DNA of 58,262 nt from Omnitrophica bacterium GWA2_41_15 (GCA_919901915.1 CAKKQB010000013.1:1-58262); one strand, 5' to 3'. Positions 47,850 to 58,170 are shown, counted from the stretch's first letter. The notes: a model not told the origin generated them from the letters alone. Numbers and translations are program-made.

Positions 47850-48615
47850 CAGCTACCCATTGTTCCTTTGCTTCTTTATAAAACTTGTAATTTCCGATAT
47901 CATACCACTGGCCGCTAAATATAAATCCGTAAACCGCGAGTTTCTTTCTTAGCCAATCAATATAAAAACCCGTAGCATCAGACCTATCAACTCTCTTATA
48001 TGCAATTAGAGACCTGTTCTCTAATTGCATATATTCTTTAAACAGGGATAGGGTTTCTTTGGGAAAATAATATAGGCACATTGCCGCGAGAGTTGACTTG
48101 GGCAATTTAGGTTTTTCTTTAAAATCAATAATTCTATTCTTTGTATTTAATTTGACTACGCCGTATTGCCTTGCCTGAGAGATATTCTTTAACCTGTAAA
48201 CCCCTATTACTGGACTTGTCTTATGGGCCTTGGCAAAAAAAATAAACTCTTCTAAACTATCAGCAAAAAGGTTATCTCCGCCTATAACTAATAAATCCTC
48301 CTTAACTTTGGCTTTATCTATCACAAAATCTATGTCGCCGATTGCCCCCTTTTTATCGCTATGGTCTTTAGTCAAATCATCTATTATGCGTAAACGCTTC
48401 TTTGTCTTTAATGATTTTTCCCATTTTTTAAATTGAGAAATAAATTTACTATTTGTAACCACGGTAATTTCACTAACATCGTCTAAACCCTCAATCTTAT
48501 CTAAAATATAATTGATCAAGGGCCTTTTGCCTATTTTTAAAAGCGGCTTTGGATATTCTTTGGTTAAAGGATAGAGCCTTGTCCCATAACCTGCTGCTAA
48601 TATTAACGCTTTCAT
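47839..48615 (-). CDS. sugar-phosphate nucleotidyltransferase (NTP_transferase family)
   Basis: 258 aa. N-terminal LILAAGYGTRL.PLT signature. Confidence 0.8.
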   Translation of the reverse strand: MKALILAAGYGTRLYPLTKEYPKPLLKIGKRPLINYILDKIEGLDDVSEITVVTNSKFISQFKKWEKSLKTKKRLRIIDDLTKDHSDKKGAIGDIDFVIDKAKVKEDLLVIGGDNLFADSLEEFIFFAKAHKTSPVIGVYRLKNISQARQYGVVKLNTKNRIIDFKEKPKLPKSTLAAMCLYYFPKETLSLFKEYMQLENRSLIAYKRVDRSDATGFYIDWLRKKLAVYGFIFSGQWYDIGNYKFYKEAKEQWVAGSD

Positions 48616-48642
48616 TCTCTCTTCAACCCAAACCTTCTCATT

Positions 48643-50373
48643 TTATTTCAAGATTTCTTTTAGCTTTGCCTGAGCAAATTTCTCTACCTCTTTCCCGGTA
48701 GAGAAACTAAGAACTGAGCGGGCAATCTCTTGAGCCTCTTTAAAGCCAACTGAACGAATTAAATATTTTATCTCCGGAATAACCTGCGGCGGCATACTAA
48801 ACTCATCTAACCCTAAACCCAAAAGGATAATAAGAAAACTTGGCTCGCCTGCCATCTCCCCGCACATACCAACTTTAATATTCGCGTTATGCGCCGCGTC
48901 AATTATATTCTTAATCAGCCTTAAAACCGCCGGATGCGCCGGTTCATAAAGATACGCGACCTTTTCATTCGCGCGGTCAACTGCCAAAGAGTATTGAATT
49001 AAATCATTGGTGCCGATACTAAAAAAATCCACCTCTTTTGCCAATATATCAGCGGTCAAAGCGGCAGAAGGAACCTCAATCATTACGCCGACTTCAATAT
49101 TTTCATCAAAAGGAATTCCCTTACTTCTTAATTCCTCTTCAACCTCAAGTAATATCTTATTTGCCTGCCTTAATTCTTCTATCCCGGAAATCATCGGATA
49201 CATGAGTTTTATATTTCCATATACCGAAGCCCTTAATATCGCCCTCAACTGCAATTTAAAAATATCCGGCCGCGCAAGACAGAATCTGATCGCGCGCCAA
49301 CCCATAAACGGCTGCATCTCACAAGGAACCTTAAACTGAGATAAAAATTTATCGCCGCCTAAATCAAGAGTTCGAATAATTACCGAACTCGGTTTTATAT
49401 GCTGGGCAACATATTTATATGCCTTAAAATGTTCCTCTTCTAAAGGCAGGCCATCTCTATTCATATAAAAAAACTCAGTCCTGTACAAGCCTATCCCCTC
49501 TCCGCCATGCAATTTTACCGACGGAACCTCCTCTGGAAACTCTATATTCGCGCTTATCACAATCTCTTTGCCATCCAAAGTAACAGCAGGCATATCCTTT
49601 GCCAGCAAAAATCCTTCAGTAACACCTTTGAGCTTTTCTTCCTTCTTAAGATACGCGCGCAATACTTCTTTATCGGGGTCAATAATTACAATGCCTGTAG
49701 ACCCATCCACTATCAGCATATCGCCTGACTTTATTTTTAATGTCGCCTCCTGGAGGCCAACCACTGCCGGTATCTCCAAAGATTTAGCCATAATCGCGGT
49801 ATGAGAAGTCTTTCCGCCGATGTCAGTAACAAAAGCCGCTACATTCTGTTTAAGCATTGCCGCGGCATCAGAGGGAGAAAGATCATGCGCGACCACAATA
49901 ACTTTTTCTTTTAAATCCGCGATCTCTTTGCGCTCTTTACCTAAAAGATGGCGCAGCATTCTTTTACCTACATCATTTATATCAGCAGTGCGCTCCTTAA
50001 GATACTCATCTTCAATTTTAGAAAATATATCCGTATATTTCTTTAAAACCTCAAGAAATATATACGCCACGTTAAGTTTTTCTTTTTTAAGACGGGAGAT
50101 AACTTCCTCAATAAGCATACGGTCTTCCAAAACCAAAAGATGCGCGTCAAAAATTTGAGCTTCATCCTGCCCCATCTCAGAACTGATCCTCTTTTGCAGC
50201 TCAATAATTTCCTTGCGAGTCTTAATAATGGATTCTTCAAAAAGCTGCAACTGGAAAGGAATATCTCCCTGGCAGATAGGCTCTTTTGAAACAACGAAAT
50301 CTTCCTTACCTATTTTATAAGCAGGGCCTATACTTATTCCCGCGGCCGCGGCTATACCTTTTAGCTGTATCAT
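48643..50373 (-). CDS. ptsI: phosphoenolpyruvate-protein phosphotransferase (PTS enzyme I)
   Basis: 576 aa. Phosphohistidine motif GGKTSHTAI and PEP-utilizer C-domain. No N-terminal GAF domain. Confidence 0.9.
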   Translation of the reverse strand: MIQLKGIAAAAGISIGPAYKIGKEDFVVSKEPICQGDIPFQLQLFEESIIKTRKEIIELQKRISSEMGQDEAQIFDAHLLVLEDRMLIEEVISRLKKEKLNVAYIFLEVLKKYTDIFSKIEDEYLKERTADINDVGKRMLRHLLGKERKEIADLKEKVIVVAHDLSPSDAAAMLKQNVAAFVTDIGGKTSHTAIMAKSLEIPAVVGLQEATLKIKSGDMLIVDGSTGIVIIDPDKEVLRAYLKKEEKLKGVTEGFLLAKDMPAVTLDGKEIVISANIEFPEEVPSVKLHGGEGIGLYRTEFFYMNRDGLPLEEEHFKAYKYVAQHIKPSSVIIRTLDLGGDKFLSQFKVPCEMQPFMGWRAIRFCLARPDIFKLQLRAILRASVYGNIKLMYPMISGIEELRQANKILLEVEEELRSKGIPFDENIEVGVMIEVPSAALTADILAKEVDFFSIGTNDLIQYSLAVDRANEKVAYLYEPAHPAVLRLIKNIIDAAHNANIKVGMCGEMAGEPSFLIILLGLGLDEFSMPPQVIPEIKYLIRSVGFKEAQEIARSVLSFSTGKEVEKFAQAKLKEILK

Positions 50374-50642
50374 TATTCCTCGTTATTAAGAAGTTTCTCT
50401 AATTCTAACATCGCTAAATTCGCGTCTTCACCATCTGCTTCAACCATTATCGCTGTTCCTTCCTCCGCGCCTAACATAAGTATCCCCATAATGGATTTAC
50501 CATTTATATACTCGGAATAATTATCACGTTTAATAGTTATACGCGAATCAAATTTATTGGCAAGCTGCACAAACAATGCCGCTGGCCGCGCGTGTAACCC
50601 CTGCTTATTTTTTACAATTATTTTCTTTTTAATGCTAGGCAT
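50373..50642 (-). CDS. ptsH: phosphocarrier protein HPr/NPr
   Basis: 89 aa from the ATG at 50642. His15 motif GLHARPAA and Ser46 context GKSIMGI. The upstream ORF-track extension translates the hairpin. Confidence 0.85.
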   Translation of the reverse strand: MPSIKKKIIVKNKQGLHARPAALFVQLANKFDSRITIKRDNYSEYINGKSIMGILMLGAEEGTAIMVEADGEDANLAMLELEKLLNNEE

Positions 50643-50646
50643 TTTT

Positions 50647-50692
50647 AGCGTATAGCGTATAGCGTATAGTTTTTCTATCCGCTTTACACTAT
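50647..50692. repeat. heptamer-word hairpin
   Basis: agcgtatagcgtatagcgtatag-ttttt-ctatccgctttacactat. Confidence 0.7.
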
Positions 50693-51942
50693 TATATCTC
50701 TTCAATAAATCCTAGAATAATTTTTGCTAACCTCGCTGGGTCATGCCTTATTACACCATCCTCGGCAATAGCAAAATCATCCTCAATAACACGATACCCC
50801 ATACTTTCAATCTTCTTGGCGTCATTTACCACAAAATATGAATTCTGCCGGGCATATCGCTTAAGCACGTCCTGAGAAATCTCTCCTGTATTTATAATAC
50901 AACAGTTCAAGATACGCGGATGACTATGCGCAATAAGAGTCTTTATATGATCACAAGCGCTGTAACCATCTGTTTCGCCCGGCTGAGTCATTACATTGCA
51001 TACGTAAACCTTTATTGCCTCAGAAGAAGCAATCGCGTCAGAAATCTCTTTTATTAAAAGATTAGGAATAATGCTTGTATACAATGACCCCGGCCCCAAA
51101 ACAATCATCCTTGCCTCGGCTATGGCTTTTAACGCATCCACAGTAGCGCAAGAATTCTCCGGTTCAAGAAAGACTCTCTCTATAGGTTTACGGGCTTTGG
51201 GAATCTGCTCCTCACCCATAGTAGTTGAACCATCCTTATATTTAGCCACTAAATTTATCTTATTTAGCGTTGAAGGTATTACCTGGCCGCACAAAGCCAA
51301 AACTTTGCTTGTTTCTTTAATTGCCTTCTCAAAATCTCCGGTTAATCTTGTCATCACAGTGATAAAAAGATTACCAAAACTGTGCCCCGAAAGATCCGAA
51401 CTCGTATCAAATCGAAACTGGAATAAATCACGCATTAACACCGGCGCGTCCGCGAGAGCAACCAAACAATTACGGATATCCCCTGGAGGCAATATATCAA
51501 ATTCCTGACGCAGCCTTCCGGATGAACCCCCATCATCAGCTACGGTAACAACAGCCGAAATATTAGAAGTATAAGCTTTAAGGCCGGATAATAAAACCGC
51601 CAGCCCGGTTCCTCCGCCTACGGTTACAATTTTTGCCCCGTGGCTTAAGTGTCTTTTCTGATAAAGAATATCTACAAGCTGCGCGTCTTTTGATGATGTT
51701 GGTGCTGACATAACGCCAACAATAAAGGTGCGCATCATGCTTTTTATGCCTAAAATTAAAATTATGATGCCGGAAATCAGGATAACCACATTTAACAACT
51801 GGATTATCCAAAGCTCCTCAGTTTTCAAAAAGCTCGAACCTATAATTATCAAAAACACGCCCCAAAAACTTAACCCTATCCAGCGCTTAACACCTATGCC
51901 GGGAGATAGCCATTTGAATATGTCCTGAATTTTAAGATTCAT
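50692..51942 (-). CDS. yvcK: YvcK/CofD-like (gluconeogenesis factor family) protein with N-terminal two-helix membrane anchor
   Basis: GGGTGL motif and CofD-like core. Start placed at 51942 because the ORF-track start at 51978 lies inside a 38-nt perfect palindrome. About 90 N-terminal residues are hydrophobic. Confidence 0.8.
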   Translation of the reverse strand: MNLKIQDIFKWLSPGIGVKRWIGLSFWGVFLIIIGSSFLKTEELWIIQLLNVVILISGIIILILGIKSMMRTFIVGVMSAPTSSKDAQLVDILYQKRHLSHGAKIVTVGGGTGLAVLLSGLKAYTSNISAVVTVADDGGSSGRLRQEFDILPPGDIRNCLVALADAPVLMRDLFQFRFDTSSDLSGHSFGNLFITVMTRLTGDFEKAIKETSKVLALCGQVIPSTLNKINLVAKYKDGSTTMGEEQIPKARKPIERVFLEPENSCATVDALKAIAEARMIVLGPGSLYTSIIPNLLIKEISDAIASSEAIKVYVCNVMTQPGETDGYSACDHIKTLIAHSHPRILNCCIINTGEISQDVLKRYARQNSYFVVNDAKKIESMGYRVIEDDFAIAEDGVIRHDPARLAKIILGFIEEI

Positions 51943-51950
51943 TTTTAAGC

Positions 51951-52026
51951 ACGGATTCACATAAACACGGATAGACACGGATAAATCCGTGTCTATCCGT
52001 GTATTTATCCGTGTATTTATCCGTGC
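51951..52026. repeat. word hairpin with a 38-nt perfect palindrome core (51965-52002)
   Basis: acacggatagacacggat-aa-atccgtgtctatccgtgt, flanked by further (a)tttatccgtg words. Confidence 0.8.
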
Positions 52027-52028
52027 AT

Positions 52029-52499
52029 TTAGATTTTCTTCTCGTCTTCCTGACTTATTATTTTTATGACGGATTTATCATCTATGCAAGCGCGCAATGT
52101 ATCGCGAAAATATTTATCCTTAAGTAGGCGGGAAATTCTAGCCAGAGCTTTTAAATGCGGGCCCGCGGAATCTTGCGGCGCGAGAAGTAAAAAGAATATA
52201 TAAGCCGATTCACCATCTAAAGAATCAAAATCTATGCCTTTCTTGGAAAGGCCAAACGCGGCTATTAAATTAGTCACGCAGTCTGATTTCGCGTGTGGTA
52301 TAGCTATGCCCTGGCCGATAGCGGTTGAGCCTAAAGCCTCTCTGGCCATTAAGACCTCATTAAGTTTAGAACGGTGGCGTTTTTCAATATCGCCCGATAA
52401 AACCAAAGCATCTACCAACTCCTTAATCACGTCTTCTTTTTTTGTAGATTTAATATCCGTGATAATTGCCTTCTTTGACAAAAAATCCATAATCTGCAT
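52029..52499 (-). CDS. ptsN: PTS EIIA-Ntr-type protein (PTS_EIIA_2)
   Basis: 156 aa. Active-site context GIAIPHAK. Confidence 0.85.
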   Translation of the reverse strand: MQIMDFLSKKAIITDIKSTKKEDVIKELVDALVLSGDIEKRHRSKLNEVLMAREALGSTAIGQGIAIPHAKSDCVTNLIAAFGLSKKGIDFDSLDGESAYIFFLLLAPQDSAGPHLKALARISRLLKDKYFRDTLRACIDDKSVIKIISQEDEKKI

Positions 52500-52574
52500 T
52501 TGTTTCCTCCTCTTGGTCAGAAAAATGTACGGTTTGCTATGAACACTATTACGCTATAAACTATACACTGAATT

Positions 52575-52649
52575 TGGAGCGGCGGATGGGATTTGAACCC
52601 ATGACATCTTGCTTGGCAAGCAAGCATTCTACCACTGAATTACCGCCGC
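52575..52649 (-). tRNA. tRNA-Gly (anticodon GCC), CCA encoded
   Basis: Manual cloverleaf: acceptor GCGGCGG/CCGCCGC, anticodon stem CTTGC/GCAAG with loop TTGCCAA, T-arm ATGGG-TTCAAAT-CCCAT. Confidence 0.9.
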
Positions 52650-52935
52650 ATTTTGCCAATAGAATCCATCCAAACTTGCATAATTAAACAAACATCCTTA
52701 CTATTCAAATAAACACAACAAGTGCCAAATTCTAATTTTTTACTTTTTTGATTTCTGCTTTTCAATATTTGCGATTTTATAAATTGTTTGCTTGGAATAC
52801 CAAGTGCCCGCGACCAATGAGAAATTGCGTATTTAATTTTTATATCTGAGTATAAAAATAATCCCGCTCGCCAATCTTTTCTACTATTTTGAAAATACTT
52901 TTCTAAGAATCTGCAATAGAAAGCCAAAAGCTTAG

Positions 52936-53017
52936 TGCGGACGGAGGGACTTGAACCCCCAAGGGTTGCCCCATATGGTCCTAAGCCATACGCGTCTGCC
53001 AGTTTCGCCACGTCCGC
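52936..53017 (-). tRNA. tRNA-Leu (anticodon TAG), long variable arm
   Basis: Manual cloverleaf: acceptor GCGGACG/CGTCCGC, anticodon stem TATGG/CCATA with loop CTTAGGA, T-arm GGGGG-TTCAAGT-CCCTC. Confidence 0.9.
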
Positions 53018-53025
53018 TATTTATT

Positions 53026-53150
53026 AGCGTTTAGCGGATAGCGTATAGCGTTTAGAAAAAAACGTAATACTTTCCTATGGTACTAGCTAAAATCAAGTAA
53101 ACCATAGCTATTCCGTCTTAAATACTCTACGCTATACGCTCTACGCTATA
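53026..53150. repeat. heptamer-word inverted arrays separated by about 70 nt
   Basis: agcgtttagcggatagcgtatagcgtttag (53026-53055) against ctctacgctatacgctctacgctata (53126-53150). Confidence 0.6.
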
Positions 53151-53155
53151 TTTTA

Positions 53156-53228
53156 TGAGCCTCCCGCGACTCGAACGCGGCACAGCTACCTTAAAAGGGT
53201 AGTGCTCTACCAGATGAGCTAGAGGCCC
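53156..53228 (-). tRNA. tRNA-Lys (anticodon TTT)
   Basis: Manual cloverleaf: acceptor GGGCCTC/GAGGCTC (one GU pair), anticodon stem CTACC/GGTAG with loop CTTTTAA, T-arm CCGCG-TTCGAGT-CGCGG. Confidence 0.9.
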
Positions 53229-53238
53229 AGATCATTAA

Positions 53239-53300
53239 CGTAAAGCGTAGGGCGTATAGCGTTTAGCGAAAACTATCCGCTATACGCTCTACGCTCTACG
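53239..53300. repeat. heptamer-word hairpin
   Basis: cgtaaagcgtagggcgtatagcgtttagcg-aaaa-ctatccgctatacgctctacgctctacg. Confidence 0.7.
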
Positions 53301-53861
53301 TTAAAACTCAAGTATCTCCTTCTCTTTACTCTTTAATAATTCGTCTACTTTAACGATATTTTTATCTACGAGTTTCTGCAATTCGTCCATACCGCGAAAT
53401 TTATTATCCTCAGAAATAATCTTATCCTTTTCTAACTTCTCCAATGCCTCTCTTGAATCACGCCTTATCGTGCGCAACGACACCCTGCCTTCTTCAATCA
53501 TCTTGTGCACAACTTTTACTAACTCCTGGCGCCTTTCCTTGGATATAGGCGGAACAGCTAATCTTATTGTTGTACCGTCATTAGATGGATTAATTCCTAT
53601 ATTAGAAGCTAGAATCGCTTTTTCAATCTCAAGTATCGCGCTTTTATCCCATGGCTGGATTGTAATCAAGTGCGGATCAGGCACAACAATTGAGGCAATC
53701 TGTTTAACCAGGGTAAGAGTCCCATAATAATCAATATGTAGGCCTTCGACTAAGCCAGGATGCGCCCTGCCTGTCCTTATCTCGTTTAATTCCCTGTTTA
53801 TTGATTCATCTGCTTTTTTCATTTTATCTTCAGCGCTATGCAAAATCTCTTTAACAGTCAT
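53301..53861 (-). CDS. frr: ribosome recycling factor
   Basis: RRF family (EDKMKK...R.GRA.P.LL). Start placed at 53861, which has a GGAGG RBS 6 nt upstream. Confidence 0.95.
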   Translation of the reverse strand: MTVKEILHSAEDKMKKADESINRELNEIRTGRAHPGLVEGLHIDYYGTLTLVKQIASIVVPDPHLITIQPWDKSAILEIEKAILASNIGINPSNDGTTIRLAVPPISKERRQELVKVVHKMIEEGRVSLRTIRRDSREALEKLEKDKIISEDNKFRGMDELQKLVDKNIVKVDELLKSKEKEILEF

Positions 53862-53904
53862 AATTACCTCCATTCTCTTAATTAACAGTTCTAAGATAAC
53901 TCTC

Positions 53905-53998
53905 GTTGTTCGTATCTCGTGAAGCGTGAAGCGTATCTCGTGAAGCGTATTTTATATCTTGCGCTTCACGCTTCACGAGCGACGCTTCACGAAACAAC
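53905..53998. repeat. heptamer-word hairpin (cgtgaag / cgtatct words)
   Basis: gttgttcgtatctcgtgaagcgtgaagcgtatctcgtgaagcg, loop, gcgcttcacgcttcacgagcgacgcttcacgaaacaac. The right arm overlaps the pyrH stop codon. Confidence 0.75.
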
Positions 53999-54709
53999 CG
54001 TTCCTATCTTCTCGCCAAAAATTACACGCTTGATATTTCCTTCTTTAATAAGATCAAACACTATGATGGGTAACTTATTATCCATGCACATACTTATAGC
54101 CGTAGCATCCATAACCCTAAGGCCTTTTTTTAAAACATCTATATATTTTAATTGGCTAAATTTCTTCGCGTTTTCTGTTTTCATGGGATCCGCGGAATAA
54201 ACGCCATCAACCTTAGTTGCCTTTAATATTACATCAGCGCCTACTTCTTTTGCCCGCAATGCTGCCGCAGTATCTGTAGTGAAATAGGGGTTTCCTGTTC
54301 CTGCTACAAATATAACTACACGGCCCTTTTCTAAATGCCTTATCGCCCTTCTTCTGATATAAGGCTCCGCCACTTTCTGCATCTCTATCGCGGTCATTAC
54401 GCGTGTAGGCTGGCCTGTCTTTTCCAAAACATCCTGAAGGGCAAGCCCGTTTATAACACTAGCAAGCATCCCCATATAATCCGCTACTGACCTATCTAAA
54501 TCCAAGCCGCGCGAAGCGCTGTTTTCCTGCCCCCGAAAAATATTACCCGCGCCTAAAACAATCGCTACATCTACCGATAAATCCCTGATTTCTTTTATTT
54601 GACGAGAGATAGAAATTAAAACGGATTGATCTATGCCGTGAGATTTTTTTCCCGCGAACGCCTCACCGCTTAATTTAAGAAGTACCCTTTTATAGATAGG
54701 CTTTGTCAT
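53987..54709 (-). CDS. pyrH: UMP kinase
   Basis: 240 aa. KLSGE and GGGNI.RG motifs. Confidence 0.95.
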   Translation of the reverse strand: MTKPIYKRVLLKLSGEAFAGKKSHGIDQSVLISISRQIKEIRDLSVDVAIVLGAGNIFRGQENSASRGLDLDRSVADYMGMLASVINGLALQDVLEKTGQPTRVMTAIEMQKVAEPYIRRRAIRHLEKGRVVIFVAGTGNPYFTTDTAAALRAKEVGADVILKATKVDGVYSADPMKTENAKKFSQLKYIDVLKKGLRVMDATAISMCMDNKLPIIVFDLIKEGNIKRVIFGEKIGTVVS

Positions 54710-54729
54710 ACTATGTAAAATAAATATTT

Positions 54730-54782
54730 AGCTATCAGCCGTCAGCTATCAGCTATCAGCTGAAAGCTGTCAGCTGACAGCT
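54730..54782. repeat. heptamer-word hairpin (cagctat words)
   Basis: agctatcagccgtcagctatcagctatcagc-tgaaa-gctgtcagctgacagct. Confidence 0.75.
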
Positions 54783-54790
54783 CTAAATCA

Positions 54791-55315
54791 TTATTCGCCA
54801 ACCTTATAACGCATAAACCTGCGAATAATAACATTTTCGCCGATTTTCGCCACAATACTGCCTAAATAATCCTTTACAACAATACTGGAGTCTTTAACAA
54901 ATACCTGTTCTAAGAGGCAATGATTCTTATAAAACTCCTCTTTATCTTTCTCATGCTCAATAACTTCTAGCGGCACATCCTCTTTTTTAATATACAACGG
55001 AACTGTAGCGGCTATCTGCATGCACATATCCTTGGTAAATTGCGCGAAATCACTGTTGCGCGCCACAAAATCAGACTCGCAATTAACCTCTAAAAGCACG
55101 CCTATTTTATTTCCAGTGTGTATATAAGTATCTATTCTTCCTTCTTTAGTAGAGCGCCCTTCTTTTTTTGCCGCTATCTCAAGGCCATGCTTACGCAAAA
55201 AAACAACTGCCTTTTTAATATCTCCATCTGACTCTTCAAGGGCCTTTCTGCAATGCGCGATACTCGCGCAAGTTAAATTTCTCAATTCTTTAATTAACTC
55301 AACAGATATTTTCAT
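54791..55315 (-). CDS. tsf: translation elongation factor Ts (short form)
   Basis: 174 aa. N-terminal UBA-like segment LIKELR......CRKAL.ES.GDI.KA...LR. Shorter than most EF-Ts proteins. Confidence 0.85.
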   Translation of the reverse strand: MKISVELIKELRNLTCASIAHCRKALEESDGDIKKAVVFLRKHGLEIAAKKEGRSTKEGRIDTYIHTGNKIGVLLEVNCESDFVARNSDFAQFTKDMCMQIAATVPLYIKKEDVPLEVIEHEKDKEEFYKNHCLLEQVFVKDSSIVVKDYLGSIVAKIGENVIIRRFMRYKVGE

Positions 55316-55354
55316 CTTATTCTCCTATTAATTAATACTGAAAAACCTCACTCT

Positions 55355-56236
55355 CTACTTCTTATGAAATCTAGGTTTTTCTTCTACATAAACCTTTTTT
55401 GCCAACTTTCCCTGCTCTTCAGAAGGTTCCTCTGATTCCAATTCCTCCTCGATTTCTTTTATCTTTAATTCTTCCCCCTCCAAAATAAGCGGCTCTTGAG
55501 CCCCTTCTCCTTCTTTCTTAGTAGCCGTTCCTTCTTGAGAAAGATACGAAAGAAATTTCTTTCTTCCCTCAATCGCTGTATCAGCGATAATATTCGCGAT
55601 CAAGCATATGGATTTAGCCGCATCATCGTTTCCAGGGATAGGATACGTAATCATATCAGGATTGGAATTTGTATCAATCAGGCCAATTATCGGTATGCCT
55701 AATCTATTCGCCTCACGAACTGCCGTGTCCTCTTTCTTGGTATCTACAATAAAAATAGCCTTAGGCATACATTCCATTTTAACAATACCGGAAAAATTTT
55801 TATTTAACTTATCCAGCTCCTTCTGCAACCGAGCCACTTCTTTTTTGGTAAGCTTCCCAAACGTGCCATCCTCTTTCATTCCTTCTATTTCCTTTAAACG
55901 GTTTATGCTCTTTTTTATAGTGGTAAAATTAGTCAGAAGTCCGCCCGGCCAGCGTTCCGTTACAAAATACATACCGCATCGATTGGCTGCCTGATAAGTT
56001 ACCTCTTGCGCCTGCTTCTTCGTGCCTACAAAAAGCACAAATTCGCCTTTTGAGGTTACATCCATAATAAAATCCCTGGCGCGATTAACGCATTCCTCGG
56101 TTTTTTCTAGATCAACAATGTAAATACCGTTTCTTACTCCAAAAATGTATTTTTTCATCTTAGGGTTCCAGCGCTTTGTCTGATGCCCAAAATGAACCCC
56201 TGCTTCTAACAACTGTTTAATTAAATCTGATGGCAT
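55355..56236 (-). CDS. rpsB: 30S ribosomal protein S2 with acidic C-terminal extension
   Basis: 293 aa. LLEAGVHFGHQT.RWNPKM signature. Confidence 0.95.
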   Translation of the reverse strand: MPSDLIKQLLEAGVHFGHQTKRWNPKMKKYIFGVRNGIYIVDLEKTEECVNRARDFIMDVTSKGEFVLFVGTKKQAQEVTYQAANRCGMYFVTERWPGGLLTNFTTIKKSINRLKEIEGMKEDGTFGKLTKKEVARLQKELDKLNKNFSGIVKMECMPKAIFIVDTKKEDTAVREANRLGIPIIGLIDTNSNPDMITYPIPGNDDAAKSICLIANIIADTAIEGRKKFLSYLSQEGTATKKEGEGAQEPLILEGEELKIKEIEEELESEEPSEEQGKLAKKVYVEEKPRFHKK

Positions 56237-56254
56237 TTTTTTCTCCTTTTTTTT

Positions 56255-56333
56255 AAGTTATAAGTTGTAAGTTAGTCGTTAGTCGTTAGTCGTAACTAAT
56301 GACTTGTGACTTACGACTGGCGACTTACGACTC
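56255..56333. repeat. heptamer-word hairpin (tagtcgt / ttacgac words)
   Basis: aagttataagttgtaagttagtcgttagtcgttagtcgtaa followed by ctaatgacttgtgacttacgactggcgacttacgactc. Confidence 0.65.
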
Positions 56334-56379
56334 TCTTACTAAGTATTGTAAGTATACCACAAACTTTATTTCCTGCAAT

Positions 56380-58170
56380 TTATTTCTCAAACTCCTGCAT
56401 CTGATACAAATGCCGATATAAGCCATCTTTTCCTACAAGCTGAGCGTGTGTACCCTGCTGCGCTATTTGGCCTTTATCTAAAACTACTACCCAATGAGCA
56501 TTGCGCACTGTAGAAAGCCGATGCGCGATTATAAAAACGGTCCTGCCCTGAACAAGCTTGTCTAAGGCATCCTGCACAATACGCTCTGCCTCGGAATCTA
56601 ATTGAGATGTTGCCTCATCTAAGATTAAAATCGCGGGATTTTTTAACAATGCCCTAGCTATAGCAATCCTCTGACGCTCTCCGCCAGAAAGCTTCGTCCC
56701 TCTATCGCCGATAGCCGTATTATACCCCAAAGGCAGCTTCTTGATAAATTCATGGGCGTGCGCCTGCATAGCCGCCTGCTCTATTTCTTTATCGCTTGCG
56801 CAAGGATTGCCATAAGCAATATTTACTTTTATGGTATCATTAAAAAGGATCGTCTCCTGCGTAACAATCCCGATTTGACTGCGCAGGGATTTAATGCCCA
56901 TATCTTTTATATCCACTCCGTCAACAAGGATCCTTCCTTCTTTAGGGTCATAAAACCGGGGTATTAAATCTAAAAGCGTAGTCTTTCCAGCGCCGCTTAA
57001 CCCCACAACAGCCAAGGCTTGGCCTTTTTTCACATCTAAATTTACATCTTTTAGAATATCCTGGCCTATATAATCAAACCGCACATTTTCAAATCTAATA
57101 TTACTCTTAAAACTAAACTGTGCCGCGCTTGGTTTCTCTTGAACGCTAGGCACAGCATCCAAAACTTCATAGATACGGTTTGAGGCAACTACCGCCTGCT
57201 GCATTATAGAATTAACCTGACTTAATTTCTTAAATGGCCTGATAAGCGAAAGAAGCGCCGTCATAAACAAAGCAAAGACGCCGAAAGAAATCTTTCCATC
57301 TATAACCTGCCTTCCGGCATAAAATATAATAAAAAGAGCCATAGCCACACCCATTAACTCCGTAGTAATGCCTAATAAAAGTGTCCTTTTTACGGATTTC
57401 ATGGCAATTTTATAATAATCCTGATTTTGTCTTTTAAACTTATCTATCTCCCTATCTTCAGCGCAAAATGCCCGAACAATACGACTGCCAATAAATGTCT
57501 CAATCAAAAGCGAATTTATATCCGCCATCTTCTCCTGCGATTTTTTGCTTAATTTCCGTAAGGCCTTACCAACCACAACAACAGGAATAACCACCATCGG
57601 CAAAACCACCATAGAAATCAAAGCCATCCTCCAATTAATAAGAAAAATTAAAACAGAATAACAGATAATCTGAAATGACTGATAAATCAAGTCCTCAAAC
57701 GCGTAAGATACGGCATTTTCTATTAATCTCACATCATTGGTAACCCGCGATACTAATTCCCCGCTTCTTCTTTGTATAAAATAATCAAGGGAAAGGGCCT
57801 GCAACTTACCATAAATCCGGCCCCTTACATCTCTAATTACCTTTTGACCCACGCCTGACATAATATACGACTGCAAAAACTCAAAAAATGCCCTGACACA
57901 AAGGGCTATAGGCATAATAATAAGAATCATATGCAAGGCCTTTAATGGGCTTAACGTGTTCAGGTAATTTAAGATATTCTCAATAAACACAGGATATTTA
58001 CCGCTGACAAATACGATAGTTTTATTAGTAAAAACCCTGTCTATTACCGGAACAATCGCGCTTAAACGGAAAACATCCAAAAAGGTAACAATACCCATGA
58101 ATATTCCGGATAAAACCAAAAGTCCGTAATAAAGCCTGGCAAAATTAAATAATTTACGGTAATTTTTCAT
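56380..58170 (-). CDS. ABC transporter permease/ATPase, MsbA-like exporter
   Basis: 596 aa. Six-TM ABC_membrane domain plus NBD with GLSGAGKTT, LSGGERQR and ILILDEATS. Confidence 0.85.
   Translation of the reverse strand: MKNYRKLFNFARLYYGLLVLSGIFMGIVTFLDVFRLSAIVPVIDRVFTNKTIVFVSGKYPVFIENILNYLNTLSPLKALHMILIIMPIALCVRAFFEFLQSYIMSGVGQKVIRDVRGRIYGKLQALSLDYFIQRRSGELVSRVTNDVRLIENAVSYAFEDLIYQSFQIICYSVLIFLINWRMALISMVVLPMVVIPVVVVGKALRKLSKKSQEKMADINSLLIETFIGSRIVRAFCAEDREIDKFKRQNQDYYKIAMKSVKRTLLLGITTELMGVAMALFIIFYAGRQVIDGKISFGVFALFMTALLSLIRPFKKLSQVNSIMQQAVVASNRIYEVLDAVPSVQEKPSAAQFSFKSNIRFENVRFDYIGQDILKDVNLDVKKGQALAVVGLSGAGKTTLLDLIPRFYDPKEGRILVDGVDIKDMGIKSLRSQIGIVTQETILFNDTIKVNIAYGNPCASDKEIEQAAMQAHAHEFIKKLPLGYNTAIGDRGTKLSGGERQRIAIARALLKNPAILILDEATSQLDSEAERIVQDALDKLVQGRTVFIIAHRLSTVRNAHWVVVLDKGQIAQQGTHAQLVGKDGLYRHLYQMQEFEK

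Noticed and set aside
52640-53011. 123-aa ORF as a bona fide gene
   Set aside because: Its start codon and first 25 codons lie inside tRNA-Leu, and its last codons lie inside tRNA-Gly. Only the internal open frame is kept as a low-confidence finding.
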